A stretch of DNA of 64,000 bases from Octopus vulgaris (taxonomy: Eukaryota), in the NCBI GenBank assembly GCA_951406725.2, contig OX597815.1, positions 49,786,001 through 49,850,000 of the forward strand. The letters run 5' to 3'. Position numbers and translations under genes: made by a program. The notes beneath the pieces are model-generated. The model was not told the origin of the DNA and made no database searches. It was given only the letters and a program-made list of their open reading frames with translations. Shown piece by piece: positions 52,950-64,000 of this stretch. Position 1 is the first letter of the stretch. Each line of letters starts with the position of its first letter.

Positions 52950-54290
52950 AAGCAATGGATTGAAAGTCTTGAGAGAAGGACGGTGGTACTACGGACCTAT
53001 TCTAGGTCGTGTGGTGCCATCGCCCTCTTCGACAAGAGCGTGATAGAGAGAGAGTTGGCAGACTACCTGCCAACTATAAAATTTATTTCACGGGGGACCA
53101 AATTTGCAACGGTGTGATTGCTGTTTGATACCCCCGAGGAATCTGGCAGATTTGCCAGCGAGCCCCTTGAGGGAAAAGAAATTTTGTTCCTCCCCACTTA
53201 TTGTGGGAGGAAGATAAGAAGAGCCTGGGTGTGCGGGCTGACCCCGGGCACGGAGGCGGGATGGATCGAGAAGACCACCCGGCGAGGCCTTGGGGGATAG
53301 CGGAGTGTGAAGATTACTCCCGCGGTCGACTGGGAGGGGTCAAAGGCAACTTTGTTCCTGTGGACCCCGGTGGCCGAGGGAGACATGATGTTTCCGGATT
53401 TCCTAAAAATGGCCGGGTACAGGTTCCCGGTGATACATGAGGGAGCCCCCCCCCCTCAAGTGTCACCTGTGCCTGGAGCCTGGTCACATCAAAAGGAACT
53501 GTCCAAGGGACCGTGGTGGGGCCCTGGAGCATGAGAAAGAGAAGGTGCCCGCCGCCCCTTCATTGGAGGGGAGACGGTTGAAGTCGTGGAGGAAGTTGCC
53601 TCCACGAAAAGAAAAAGAAAGGTGAGCCACAATGGTTGCTCACCAAATAATGTTCAGGCGGCGGAGGAGGGTAGCGACCCCCGCGTCTGTCGACGCAGTC
53701 TCAAAATGAAAGAGGAAAAAGAGGAGCAGAGGACGGTCTGCAGATGTTCCTGGGCCGCCGACGGGGCCGCGGGTGGGATGTGTGCCACCTGCGGATAGGG
53801 CTCCGTCAGTGGGAAGCGTGCCCCTGACGGAATAGTGTGAGGTCCCTTTCTGTGAAGAGGGGGTATTTGTCCTCCTTTACTACGAGGGAGGGACGGTGAG
53901 TAAATTTTTGGACGGCTTGGGTGACCGAGAACGTTTGTACTCGGTCTGCTCAAGTAGTCCGATATGGCCTCTGCAGGTGGCTGCGGAGGTAGTAACTGAA
54001 AAAATTTTGCCAAAGGTCACAGCGACCTTTGACAAGGAAGAATTTGCTTTCCTCTTTGCAGGCCCCGACTTGTCGATGCAGAGTTGGCTGCAGGCGGCAA
54101 GTCATATTGCTTGGGGGACCTGACAAAGAGAATTGTTGTAAGAAACTTTGTATTCGAGGGTTTGTCGGTCGGTGGGCGCCGACATCCCTTTCATCCGCAT
54201 CATTTTGTTTCATTTCATCTCAACTTGTCCATGTCCAGCTCACAAGCTTCTTTCTGTGTGCTGCCCTTGTGGCAAATTAAATTGAATAAA
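52950..54290 (+). mobile_element. GC-rich retroelement-derived gag/ORF1 cassette with CCHC zinc knuckle
   Basis: One frame from 52950 to about 53455 broken by two point stops, then a shift in a poly-C run to CHLCLEPGHIKRNC (CX2CX4HX4C); ends GCCCTTGTGGCAAATTAAATTGAATAAA like a non-LTR 3' end; no RT motifs seen. Confidence 0.75.
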
Positions 54291-54532
54291 GCGAGAAATT
54301 GTTCGGATACCTGGGATGAGGTGTAAGTACCTGAAGCAGTATGTGGCGAGGTATCAGTTCATGAAGTCTATTCCGAATAATGCTGAACGTCTCCATCGCT
54401 TTCTCACGGAGAACAGCAAACTGTATCTGGGACCCTCTTTAAAATGTGGATATACTTGAAATAGTAAGCTTCCTCTATTTTTTGTTACCTTTTTTTTTTG
54501 TAATATACACGTTTATTTTACCGTAGACCGTT

Positions 54533-54622
54533 GAATGAAGGTAAAGCGTGTGCACACTGTTTAGGGTTAGTTTTAGGCTTAGTTTCGGGGTTAGGTGATG
54601 TGCACGCGTTTTACCTTCGTCC
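54533..54622. mobile_element. 90-bp miniature inverted-repeat element with telomere-like core
   Basis: 24-bp arms GAATGAAGGTAAAGCGTGTGCACA / TGTGCACGCGTTTTACCTTCGTCC around TTAGGGTTAGTTTTAGGCTTAG..GGGGTTAGG. Confidence 0.6.
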
Positions 54623-55743
54623 GTAACCATCATAAAAATGCGAATATCTCTGAAAAGCAGTTAATTTGCCTTAATTTTTATTGCACTTTTTGCAATCCAC
54701 ATGTCCATTTTATCATAGAAAACTTTTTTTTAAATTTGTCGTTGGGAAAGATTCTTCATATTTACCCACATATCAAACAGTACTTTTTATTGTTTAACAA
54801 ATTTATAACACAAAATGTTTACACATCGTAGGATTGATATTTCTGTCAAACTGGAGTTTCAGCTACTCAAGGCGTGAACTTACTCTTTGCTGCTTCGCGT
54901 GAATAACTTGCATCCTGATAGCCTCTTTGCAGACACCAGCGGTAGTCAGCCTTCATGTTTCTTTCCGCCTGCCTTGATACCTCATCTCCATAGTCTTGAG
55001 GTCTTGGTGGAATCATTCTCATTGCTCATCATGCTATGATTTTCAAGAAAGTAATCCTGATGATTGTGCGGAAAATACACTTTTACTCTCATGTTGCAGC
55101 TCAGTGCTCGATAACTAGTTAACAGGGTCAGCACAAGTTCTTCATAATTTTACGACTTCTTATTTCCCGAAAATTAGGCAACCGCAGCAAAACAGCATTC
55201 CACGCTTCTTTTTCAGTACCAAACCTGGTCTCCAAAAGTTGCTCGTCTTGCAATAGGCACCTAATCTGTGACCCCTCAAACACACCAACCTTAATTTCCT
55301 CAGAAGTCAAGGCTGGAAACTTTCTGCTTAAATATTTAAAACAGTCTTTGTCTCAGTGTCTCAACACCTAGGTATTGCATACATCATCCTATAACGCATC
55401 AGAACTAGTTGTTTCTAGTATTTAAACATTAAAGCACCCTTATCCAGATGAAACAGCGAAAGTTCATCGAGCCCCAGCTTATGTCCACTTAGTACTACAC
55501 TTTCCAGAGTTCACACCTCTTCATCCTCAACTGCCTTAAGGTAATTTTGGCTAGTTTCATAACTAACCTGATGGCCTTCCGCCCGGAGGTTATTCTGGGA
55601 AGTTGTCCAGAGTACTCACAGGTCTAGGGACTCGATTTTGATCTATGCATGCTGTGGCTTGCTAACCATAAATATATACGAAAGGGTCCAGTGCATTGTT
55701 TTTCCCCAGTGTCCTATAATGCTGCCGAGATAGCCCCGCTTCC

Positions 55744-55786
<43 letters not shown>

Positions 55787-56445
55787 TGTGAGATTATATT
55801 GTTATGCGCTATTTGTTTATTAAGCTCTCTGATAGAATTATGCAAAAGGACATAATTCTCGCTGTATTTTAACAAATATTCATTAAAAATTTCTAGTTTC
55901 AAATATTGGTTAAATCTCAGCTTGCTGATGCTCTTTGCTTTGTCTCCATACAAGGAGAAAAAGTATTCATTTGCAGATACCTCAACTTCTTATTTACAAT
56001 TCACGATTTAAGCTAACCGTTTTGCGGGTCCGCATTACTTGATTCAAGTAATTATTTTATTTGTGGTGTGTTGATATTGAAAATTATTTTTTATTGAACT
56101 AATTTTTTTATGGTGACCTTCGCATACGCATAGGTGCAATTATTTACCATCTGCTTGCTTACAAAATTGGTATTTGCTCATAAGTGTCAATTTGGCCTAA
56201 ACTCTGGATTCACAAGAAACACGATAGTTAGCTGCCCGAGAAAGGATGCGCAGATATAGAGCACGGATGAGAGCGGAACAGAAAGAAAATATAATAAAAT
56301 GAGTGAAAAGACAACACCTATGGAGACGTGAGGAAATTAATGCAGATGAACATCAAGAATATTTAAAGAAAGCTAAACTATGAATGCTATAGAAATGCAA
56401 ATCATCCTTTCATTCTTAAAATAGTTCCTCTTAAATTTTTTCATT

Positions 56446-56473
56446 CCGTGGAATTTCCACGGGTGCCACTAGT
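56446..56473 (+). mobile_element. Helitron 3' terminus
   Basis: Hairpin CCGTGGA-ATT-TCCACGG followed by GTGCCA-CTAG|T; 5' end not defined (perhaps near 56000). Confidence 0.6.
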
Positions 56474-57453
56474 ATTAATAAATACGAGTAAAGTTCTTCA
56501 AGTTCAGTTGAACTGCAAACAATTTATATTAATTTATAATACCCTACAACATTCGGTTTTTAAGCTATTTCGACAAATTCTGCTTACAAAAATACATACT
56601 TGGCGTACTTATCGAAATATCTCAAATTTATAACTCCAAGTACAGGTTCAACAAACTTGTCGATATAAATTGCTGCAGTTTGTCTGCGTGCAAAGAGAAG
56701 TGATTTATTTGAATTCATAGACATTTCAAATTAATATTTATACCTCGTGTCTTACGGTGTCTATTTTCCTGGTTTATATAACCTACTTAAATTTTTAAAA
56801 TCTATAATTGTCGAGCTGAAGAATTTTCTACTTTTGATTTAAATATATTCCCATTTAACAATCACGTAGTATCCCAGGTATATAATATGTATTTTAGTTT
56901 AGTAGCATGCAGTAAGATAGCATGGCATTATTTTAATTTATAATGCTCTCAGCCCCTTAGAAGATTTCTGCAAAAAGAATATAGATTTTTTCCTGTCGTA
57001 TTCGAAATTATGTCATAGACCGAAGTATAGGGAAAACCTAAACTCGACGATGCACGTTGCTATACATTATCTATAGATCGAAGGGAAATACTTTGAATTT
57101 ACAGACATTTCGGCTTGATACTTACACCAGATGTTTTAAGTACGTAGTGCGTTACCGGTTTCTTTGTAACTTAATTCAATACAAATATCTTTTATTTGTT
57201 TCTTTCAACTGCAAGACAAATAAATGTTTCAAGTACATAGATATATAGATATTTTAGGTACAGTTGCCTTGGGCTGCTTTAAAATTCGATTGAACTAAGA
57301 TTACATTAATTTATAAAGCACTAAACTTTGTTTATTGAACTATTTGTTAGAAATCTACAAAAAATATTTATTCTTGTAGTTTCAGAAACATTAAAATGCT
57401 AATGTTCCAAACACAAGTGAAAGCTAAACTTGTTCATTTATTTTACCTTTGAT

Positions 57454-57636
57454 CAGTGACCCCCAAACTCTTTCTCTAGCAGGGATCACTTTCACTTTAA
57501 TGAATTTTTCCACGGACACAGTGTTTGAAAGCAAATTTTGAATTCAGCTCACAGATCCCATTACTACAACTAGGGTTCCCATCATTATGTTTGCAGACCT
57601 TGGATGTTCCACAGATATTAGTTTGGGAAGTTGCTG
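57454..57636. mobile_element. Diverged hAT-type MITE
   Basis: CAGTGACCCCCAAACT ... AGTTTGGGAAGTTGCTG ends; TSD not evident. Confidence 0.45.
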
Positions 57637-57789
57637 TAAATTATCTACGCGCAGATTTGAATCGTTCAGCATTCTGTTTGACTACATATGCATTTCTACT
57701 AGAGACGAAAACAAAACAATCAACCTCTATATAACTGATTTAATGCTACGCATTTTATCGACTTTAATCATAAACCACTGCTTATAGTG

Positions 57790-58090
57790 GTATTTGAACT
57801 CAGAACGTAAAGACGGACGAAATGCCGCTAAGTTTTTTTTTCCCCGGTGCGCTAACGATTCTGCCACCTCGCCGCCATAAGCTACTGCATATATTGATTT
57901 CAAATTTCGGCACAAGGCCAGCAATTTCAAGGGAGGGGTAAATCAATTACATCAACCCCAGTGCTCAACTGGTACTTATTTTATCGAGGGATGAAAGGCA
58001 AAGTCAACCTCGGCGCAATTTGAACTCAGAACGTAATGACGGAAAAATGTCACTAAGCATTTTGCCAGGTGTGTTAACGATTCTGCCTTA
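57790..58090 (-). mobile_element. Two tandem SINE family B copies with CpGs retained
   Basis: GAACTCAGAACGTAAAGACGGACGAAATGCCGCTAAG and a second fuller copy at 57890-58090. Confidence 0.85.
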
Positions 58091-58590
58091 ATCACTGTAT
58101 ATTAAATTTTTTTACACCAATGCCATTTTACACATCTGATATAATCACCGTTCATCTGAATAAACATAAGCATTCACCAGTATTGCTCTAAAATTGTACA
58201 AGCTTATCCATATGAGAATTGAAAATTAACCAATCATCAGAACTAATACACTGTAGCTTACACGTAATATTGATTTACACAACTGGCATATGTCCAGAAA
58301 ATTTTTGAGTGGGCGGAATAGTCGAATAATTTGATCATGTATGCTACTGATACAAGTTTTCTCGAGATTTGAACTCAGTAATCAAAGAATCAAAATTAAG
58401 CACTTTATTCTGCTAATCCGTTACCCTGTTTACATTTAATACTGATTTCTAACTTTTGCACAGATTCAAATCTGGTGAACGGTGCATGATAGATTATACC
58501 GACCACCAGTAGTAGACTGGTATTTTATTTTGTATCGTACCTCGGTGGGTGATAAGCAGAGATTAACTCCATGGTTGAAAATGTAAAGAG

Positions 58591-59498
58591 GGTACCAGGA
58601 CAATTCATCCCCGGTTATCTCGTCGTCGGTTAATTTGACCCCGGTCAGTTCGTCGTTGATCAATTCATCCCCAGGTCAATTCGTCCCAAAATACTCTTAA
58701 ATATGATTTTCGAGGGAAAGTTTAGAACAATAACTTTAGAATTAAAATTGTCGTTGAACAGTTTTAGATATCTTTTTTTCCTTTCTTTAAACACTTCCTC
58801 CTTCCCTCTCTTAAGTATCTGCACTGAACAGTTTACGAACAAAGATTTTCAAGCAAATCGAATTAAATATATTCAATACGCTTACCCATCAACATGACTA
58901 TCTGCAAGATCATAACTTCAGAGAAAGAGAAAATCAAAGTGGTCGATCAAGAAAAGTATACATATACCTAAAAAATTAGCAGAATGCAGATGGATTGAAG
59001 ATATAATGGAGATGCGAAAATCGTATGTGCAAGACAAGGAGCTTAAGATTGGGATCCATAATCAAGCTTCAACTGCTGCAGATGTAAATGCAAGGATAAT
59101 AGTTTCAAATATTAAAGTTAAATCTATTTCATTTCGTGATGACCTTCGCTCAATTATCGCTAGTGAAGTTCATAATTTAAACGACTGTGCATTGTCGCAA
59201 ATACCCCCGTTTGCACAGCTTAATAGGCATATTAGACGATGGAGGCAAGCTGATTCCAACTATCCTGCCACCCCACTTACAAATGTTGGGTTTTCCATTC
59301 CAAGTGAATAGTCCTACTTTGACATTGTTGAAACGTTTTTACAGTATGACAACGGGATGAAAGATTAAACAACGAATATTATTTTTAATTCAGATATTCG
59401 TTCTTCCAATTTTCAAATGATCTTGACAAATTAATTGACGAGGACCTAGGGACAGATTTAACTACGACAAATTACCGTCGACGAATTGACTGGATAAC
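58591..59498 (+). mobile_element. Internally deleted MULE (FLYWCH-type) transposon
   Basis: Inverted ends built of about 15-bp repeats (GGACAATTCATCCCC / GACGAATTGAC); TSD GTAAAGAG / GTAAAGGG; peptide WRC..HNQ..IK..LRSII..IPPFAQLNRHIRRWRQ..P.TP..FSIP..FLQYDNG..RILF. Confidence 0.8.
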
Positions 59499-60255
59499 GT
59501 AAAGGGTAGTAATTAAACGATGCAAGGAAATTTAACCGACGATCTAAAGATTTTAACCTTCTAAGGTTCTAGTAACTCAAACATATGTTCACCATGCCTT
59601 AATAGAGCAGAAGGCGCTTGCCAAATGTGCAACGCAGTGAGACTGAACCTGGAACCATGTGGCTAGGAAGTAAACTTCTTACCACACAATTATGCCAGTA
59701 CCCACATGTATGTATATATATATATATATATATATACACAGACTTTTTCAACTGTAAGTATGGAAAACAATTAAATTTTGGAAAAATTAAAAGAAAAGTT
59801 TTTTAAAAGAATATTTGCATAGCGTTCAAATACAAGTGGCATTTTCCTTGTTTCTGCTAGTTTTTGTCTCTCTTGTTTATTAAGAATGCGGGAGTGCCAT
59901 GATAGTAGTATGTTAAATGGTCAAGTGACCTGTTGTGGATGGTAGTAGTGCTTGAATTCTTGAAACATCTCTTTTGAATGTTTTGTTTATAAAATTTGCA
60001 TAGGTGTTATTCTAAACAGTGGTAAAGTTAGGAATGCGGTGGCGGAGAGGAAGAAGACAAAGAAGGAGAAGGGAGAATAAGAAGCAATGTAGGTAGTATG
60101 ATAGTAGTAAGATGTTAAATGGTCAAGTGACCTAAAATTGGCTCGTTATGGATTATAGTAGTAATTGGGACTGTTTTTAATGAATTCTTGGTGTATCATT
60201 TTTAATATTTGTGTTTGTGTTATTCAAAGGCAGTGGTTGATATGTCGTTTGTCGT

Positions 60256-60780
60256 AGACGCATTCAAAAGGTATCTGTATTTTGTAATAAAGAGAGTCTA
60301 TCTACTAATTCAATGGCTCCAAGTTGTATCGTCCCTGAACTGGTAGAGGGGAAAAATTCTGAAGCTTAGATTTTTGTTATTGGCACAAATGTCTATGTGT
60401 TGGCTGAATGCTATTTTTCTGTTTTGGGGAATTTTGATCTGGGATCTGTGCAGAGCCATTCTTTTACGTAGACTTTTTTGTTTGGCCTCTGTATTGCTCT
60501 TGACACCCTAAGCAGGTTAGTGCGTATATCAGGTTCTCCAAAGCACATGTGAAATTGCTTTTCCCTGTGAAACGTTGTCCTTGTCAGAAGGAGAACTCTG
60601 ATCCCTCAATTAAATTGACGCATATCCCACAGTTGGGTCTTCCGCATTTTTTTACTGACGGCTTCTGTGTTGTTGAGCGTATTCAGGCTTGTGTTAGGAG
60701 ACTTTTCATAGATCTGGGTTGTCTCTTGCTTCTTTTGATGGTGTGTGTTTGGAGGATTAAGTTCATTCTGTAGTCCTTTT
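60256..60780 (-). mobile_element. Penelope-like element GIY-YIG endonuclease region (decayed)
   Basis: KRSKRQPRSMKSLLT..KCGRPNCGICVNLIEGSEF..FTCALENLIYALTCLGCQEQYRGQT..SLRKRMALHRSQI..HIDICA..FRIFPLYQ..LFITKYRYLLN; duplicated downstream block at about 59900 and 60100. Confidence 0.9.
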
Positions 60781-61935
60781 TTAGCAGAATATATATATAT
60801 ATTCACATGTGTGCACATAAAATTTTTTAAAAAGGGCGAACTCAAGCCTGAAAACATTAAAGTAGTTAACATCTAAACATTGACAATTCACCATAAAATG
60901 AAAATGTTGCATCAGTTCTGTAGTATAAACCAAACGAGTAATCTTGGTTATGAACTTGTTTTTAATATCCAAGAAAGTCAAAATATGCAATTTAAAGAAA
61001 ACTTTAATTTGTTTCTTTTGATTAATTGAATAATTTAATTAAAATTCGAGATTTGACTTACCACTGACTAATCTCTGTCGACTTGTTAGAATTGTTTACA
61101 GATAGTATTGTTTTTTTTTTCTTTTTCATGTCAAGAAGAATTGAAATTTAGAACCATTAGTCCACATATCGAAGGAAATTTGGTAAAATGTCTCTGATTA
61201 TGAAGTTCTATCTATTCCCGAGTCAATTGCTTCTGACATCTTAATTGGATGTCTTAATTTATTGAAGGACAAACAACTTAGCGAATATTTCAAAAATAAC
61301 ATTAAGTAGTTGCAGAAATCTTAGACATCGAAAGTTTAGTTCTGGTGAGATTATATCCCTTAAACGTGCCATAAAACAAAATCTCCAGAGAAGTTCAGTA
61401 TTATATTACTATGAGTCTAATTCCAAAAGACTACATTATTAACGAGCTTGCTCAATAGTCTTGTTCATAATGAAAGGCCATTCTGCTTCTGAATGACACA
61501 TTCTTCCAGAGAAAGACAAATTAATAGCTCGGGAAGGATATTTCTAGTTCATTCTTATATAATTAAAGAGGAGAATGAAATGTTAACATAGTCCAATTAG
61601 TAATGTATGTGCCACAAGTAAAGAGGAAGAGAATATGTCGCTAGCAGAGTCATACATACATTGTCATTATGGCCAGGGCTGAATTAAGACCCTTCTAAGC
61701 ACTTAACAGATCTTGGTGCCCCATATATATGTAATTCAAAATGTAAACAATAACAAACAATCGAATACATTTTAATTGTTAAAAATGAAAAAGAAGAAAA
61801 AATCCTCCCAACCACATGGTTTTGGGTTCAGTCCCACTGTGTGGAAACTTGGGCAAGTGTCTTTTACTATAACCTCGGACTGACCAAGGCCTTGCGAGTT
61901 AATTTATCATTAGACGGAAACTGAAAGAAGCCCAT

Positions 61936-62007
<72 letters not shown>

Positions 62008-62554
62008 CTTTTATTCTTTTACTGGTCTCAGTCATTTGACTGCGACCATGCTGGAGCACTATCTCAAGGCATTTTAGTCAAACAACTCAAAACTAGGACT
62101 TTTAAAAGCCTAGTAATTATTCTATCTGTCTCTTTTGCTGAACTGTTAAGTTACAGGGACATAAACACACCAACACCGGCTGTCAAGCGATGATGGACAC
62201 ACACACACGCACACAAATATATATATGATAGGCTTCTTTCAGTTTCCATCAACCAAATCCACTCATAGAGGTTCCAGAGATTGGGGTTCCCGTTATTAGG
62301 TCAACCGAAGTACCGAAGTACTTATTGAGTGTAAGCAACTCAGTATCCAATATATACTTGTCTTCTCCACATAAATTTCCGGCACACTCAACACGAGACT
62401 TTGTGTGCATATGCGCATGCGTGTGTATGAGAACGAGAGACAGAAGACTAAGGTTTCTAATTCAAAGTACAGTCCATCTTGTACAAAGTGTAAGTACAAC
62501 CAAAAGTCCTTCTCGAGCCACTGGCTCATATAACAGATTTCCTGGAGTCTGTGG

Positions 62555-62809
62555 TATATAAAGGGTAAGGGTAAATACTCCCTTCGTTCATGAATGACCA
62601 TGGGGTTGCACCTAGAAAGTTACCCTCTGAGGCACAAGCCCAGGCAAAGTTGTATATGGAAGACCAGCAGCCACACATGCATACCAGCCTCTCCCCTCCA
62701 TGCCATTGATGTTATCCAAGAGAAAGGCTAAGGGCAAGGCAGCTTGGTACCAGTGATGTTGCAACTCATTTCTACAGCTGAGTGAACTGGAGCAACGGGT
62801 GTAAGTGTT

Positions 62810-62894
<85 letters not shown>

Positions 62895-63380
62895 ATCACG
62901 TGACAGACCAGGCCATCAGATGTTGCTACATATCACTGGTCACAATGACGCCACCCCGCTGGCTAAGCGAGCAGGCCAATAGAAGAAAGAGTGAGAGAAA
63001 GTTGTGGTGAGAGAGTACAGCAGGGATCACCACCGGAGCTCGTGGAGCTTTTAGGTGTTTTCGCTCAATAAACACTCACAACGCCCAGTCTGGGAATCAA
63101 AACCTTGACCCTACGATCGCGAGTCCACTGCCCTAGCCACTGGGCCATTGTACCTCCACACACACACACACACACACACATACACACACACACATACACA
63201 CACATACACACACATATATATATATATATATGAGATCCCCACCGGACAGGACGTTAATCCATCTCAGGATTTGGGGTAAAATGAAGTGTTTTGCTTATGT
63301 AACAACCTACTACATGGTGTAAAAATTGAAACCACAATCTTATCATGAATGCAACATCCTAACCACTAAACCACCCAACT
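62555..63380 (-). mobile_element. Cluster of additional SINE fragments separated by microsatellites
   Basis: CAACTCATTTCTACAGCTGAGTGAACTGGAGCAA and GGGAATCAAAACC...CCCTAGCCACTGGGCCA (reverse tRNA boxes). Confidence 0.6.
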
Positions 63381-64000
63381 ACAATACATGTATATTGTAA
63401 TTAATAAGTGTAATATTCCACAGACGCTTGTATTCTTGAACTTGAAGTAGATTTTAAGTAGGTGGAGTATGGACTTGTATGAATGTTTGTAATTATGAAT
63501 TGGATCTCTGGTTCACTCGACATGTTTCTGCACCATTTTCATCTTTCGAATTACACTTGCAAAACCTGGGCAAGCATCTTTTAAATAACTTTAAAATGTC
63601 GGCTCAGTAATTCAACGAATTTCTTTCATAAAAGCTTTCATGAAAATCCCCTTTTGAAAGAAATCAGCCAAATAAACAACTAATGAAACATGGTTTTCCT
63701 TGTTTGGAACAAATGATTTGTATAAATTATATCCATTGACATCAATGAAAATCCTACTAGAAATATTTACACACTACAGTATATATATGTTTGTATGCAA
63801 ATTCCGGAACAATGTCATAAAACAAATTGCGAAAAGAAAAACTGAGAAGAAATGTCAATTTTCGTCAAGGCACAAAGGAAAATGTGATTTTTCTTTATAA
63901 AACACAAAACACATCTTGTAAAAACTAAACCAAAGCATATTTTCTACTTTATTACTTTCCTTTGGGTGAATATTCGCTCATTTATTATTTCTATTATCAT

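Larger units (their letters stand above)
52077..54670 (+). mobile_element. Merlin (IS1595/ISXO2-like) DNA transposon, decayed
   Basis: TIRs GGCAAATTAACCGTTTCAGAGATATTCGC / GCGAATATCTCTGAAAAGCAGTTAATTTGCC; transposase pieces FFRERGVLP..WRC..CSFSVSDR, SVDWRSF*CEVCQYW, IGDPGVEVEID, KYNWGRRVK, FGGIER..KFIVP and C-terminal IPGMRCKYLKQYVARYQF..RLHRFL; no clear TSD. Confidence 0.85.
51874..55345 (-). mobile_element. Chapaev3-like (CMC) transposon relic: 3' terminus plus transposase C-terminus
   Basis: 54867-55345(-) reads CFKYLSRKFPALTSEEIKVGVFEGSQIR...NMRVKVYFPHNHQDYFL..FHQDLKTMEMRYQG..NMKADYRWCLQR..KFTP*; terminus ACTGGGAAACATTTTC..GGTACTGAGTTCAGAAATG at about 51874-52000. Confidence 0.75.

Noticed and set aside
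52950-54290. Horizontal transfer or contamination suggested by high GC
   Set aside because: CCHC knuckle and A-rich 3' end fit a retroelement; it is embedded within a host transposon.
54561-54596. Interstitial telomere or fusion site
   Set aside because: Only a few degenerate TTAGGG units, enclosed in a small inverted-repeat element.

Overview
AT-rich eukaryotic (animal) genomic DNA, mostly intronic/intergenic, with no intact recognisable protein-coding gene. Nearly all ORFs in the track are microsatellite or SINE artefacts. The SINE families and microsatellite load look like octopus (coleoid cephalopod) DNA; this is pattern recognition, not a database match. Content: dozens of tRNA-derived SINE copies in at least four families, often nested. 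A full-length decayed mariner (29872-31121), a Tc1/maT-like end at the left edge, a MULE relic, hAT MITEs and Helitron/Helentron-type elements. RTE LINE fragments, and Penelope-like relics including a clear GIY-YIG domain and several decayed hammerhead-ribozyme-like motifs. Most notable: (1) a nest at 51.9-55.3 kb, where a Chapaev3-like element contains a Merlin element whose catalytic core is replaced by an in-frame GC-rich gag/ORF1 zinc-knuckle cassette; (2) a CpG-depletion boundary near 47 kb with a promoter/first-exon candidate at about 48.6-48.9 kb, implying a long minus-strand gene with several weak exon candidates, one being a 297-nt exon interrupted only by two TAG codons; (3) several long fold-back inverted repeats; (4) a MITE-derived tandem array carrying a segment copied from 1.6 kb away. 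Coordinates were read by eye and repeat ends are approximate.
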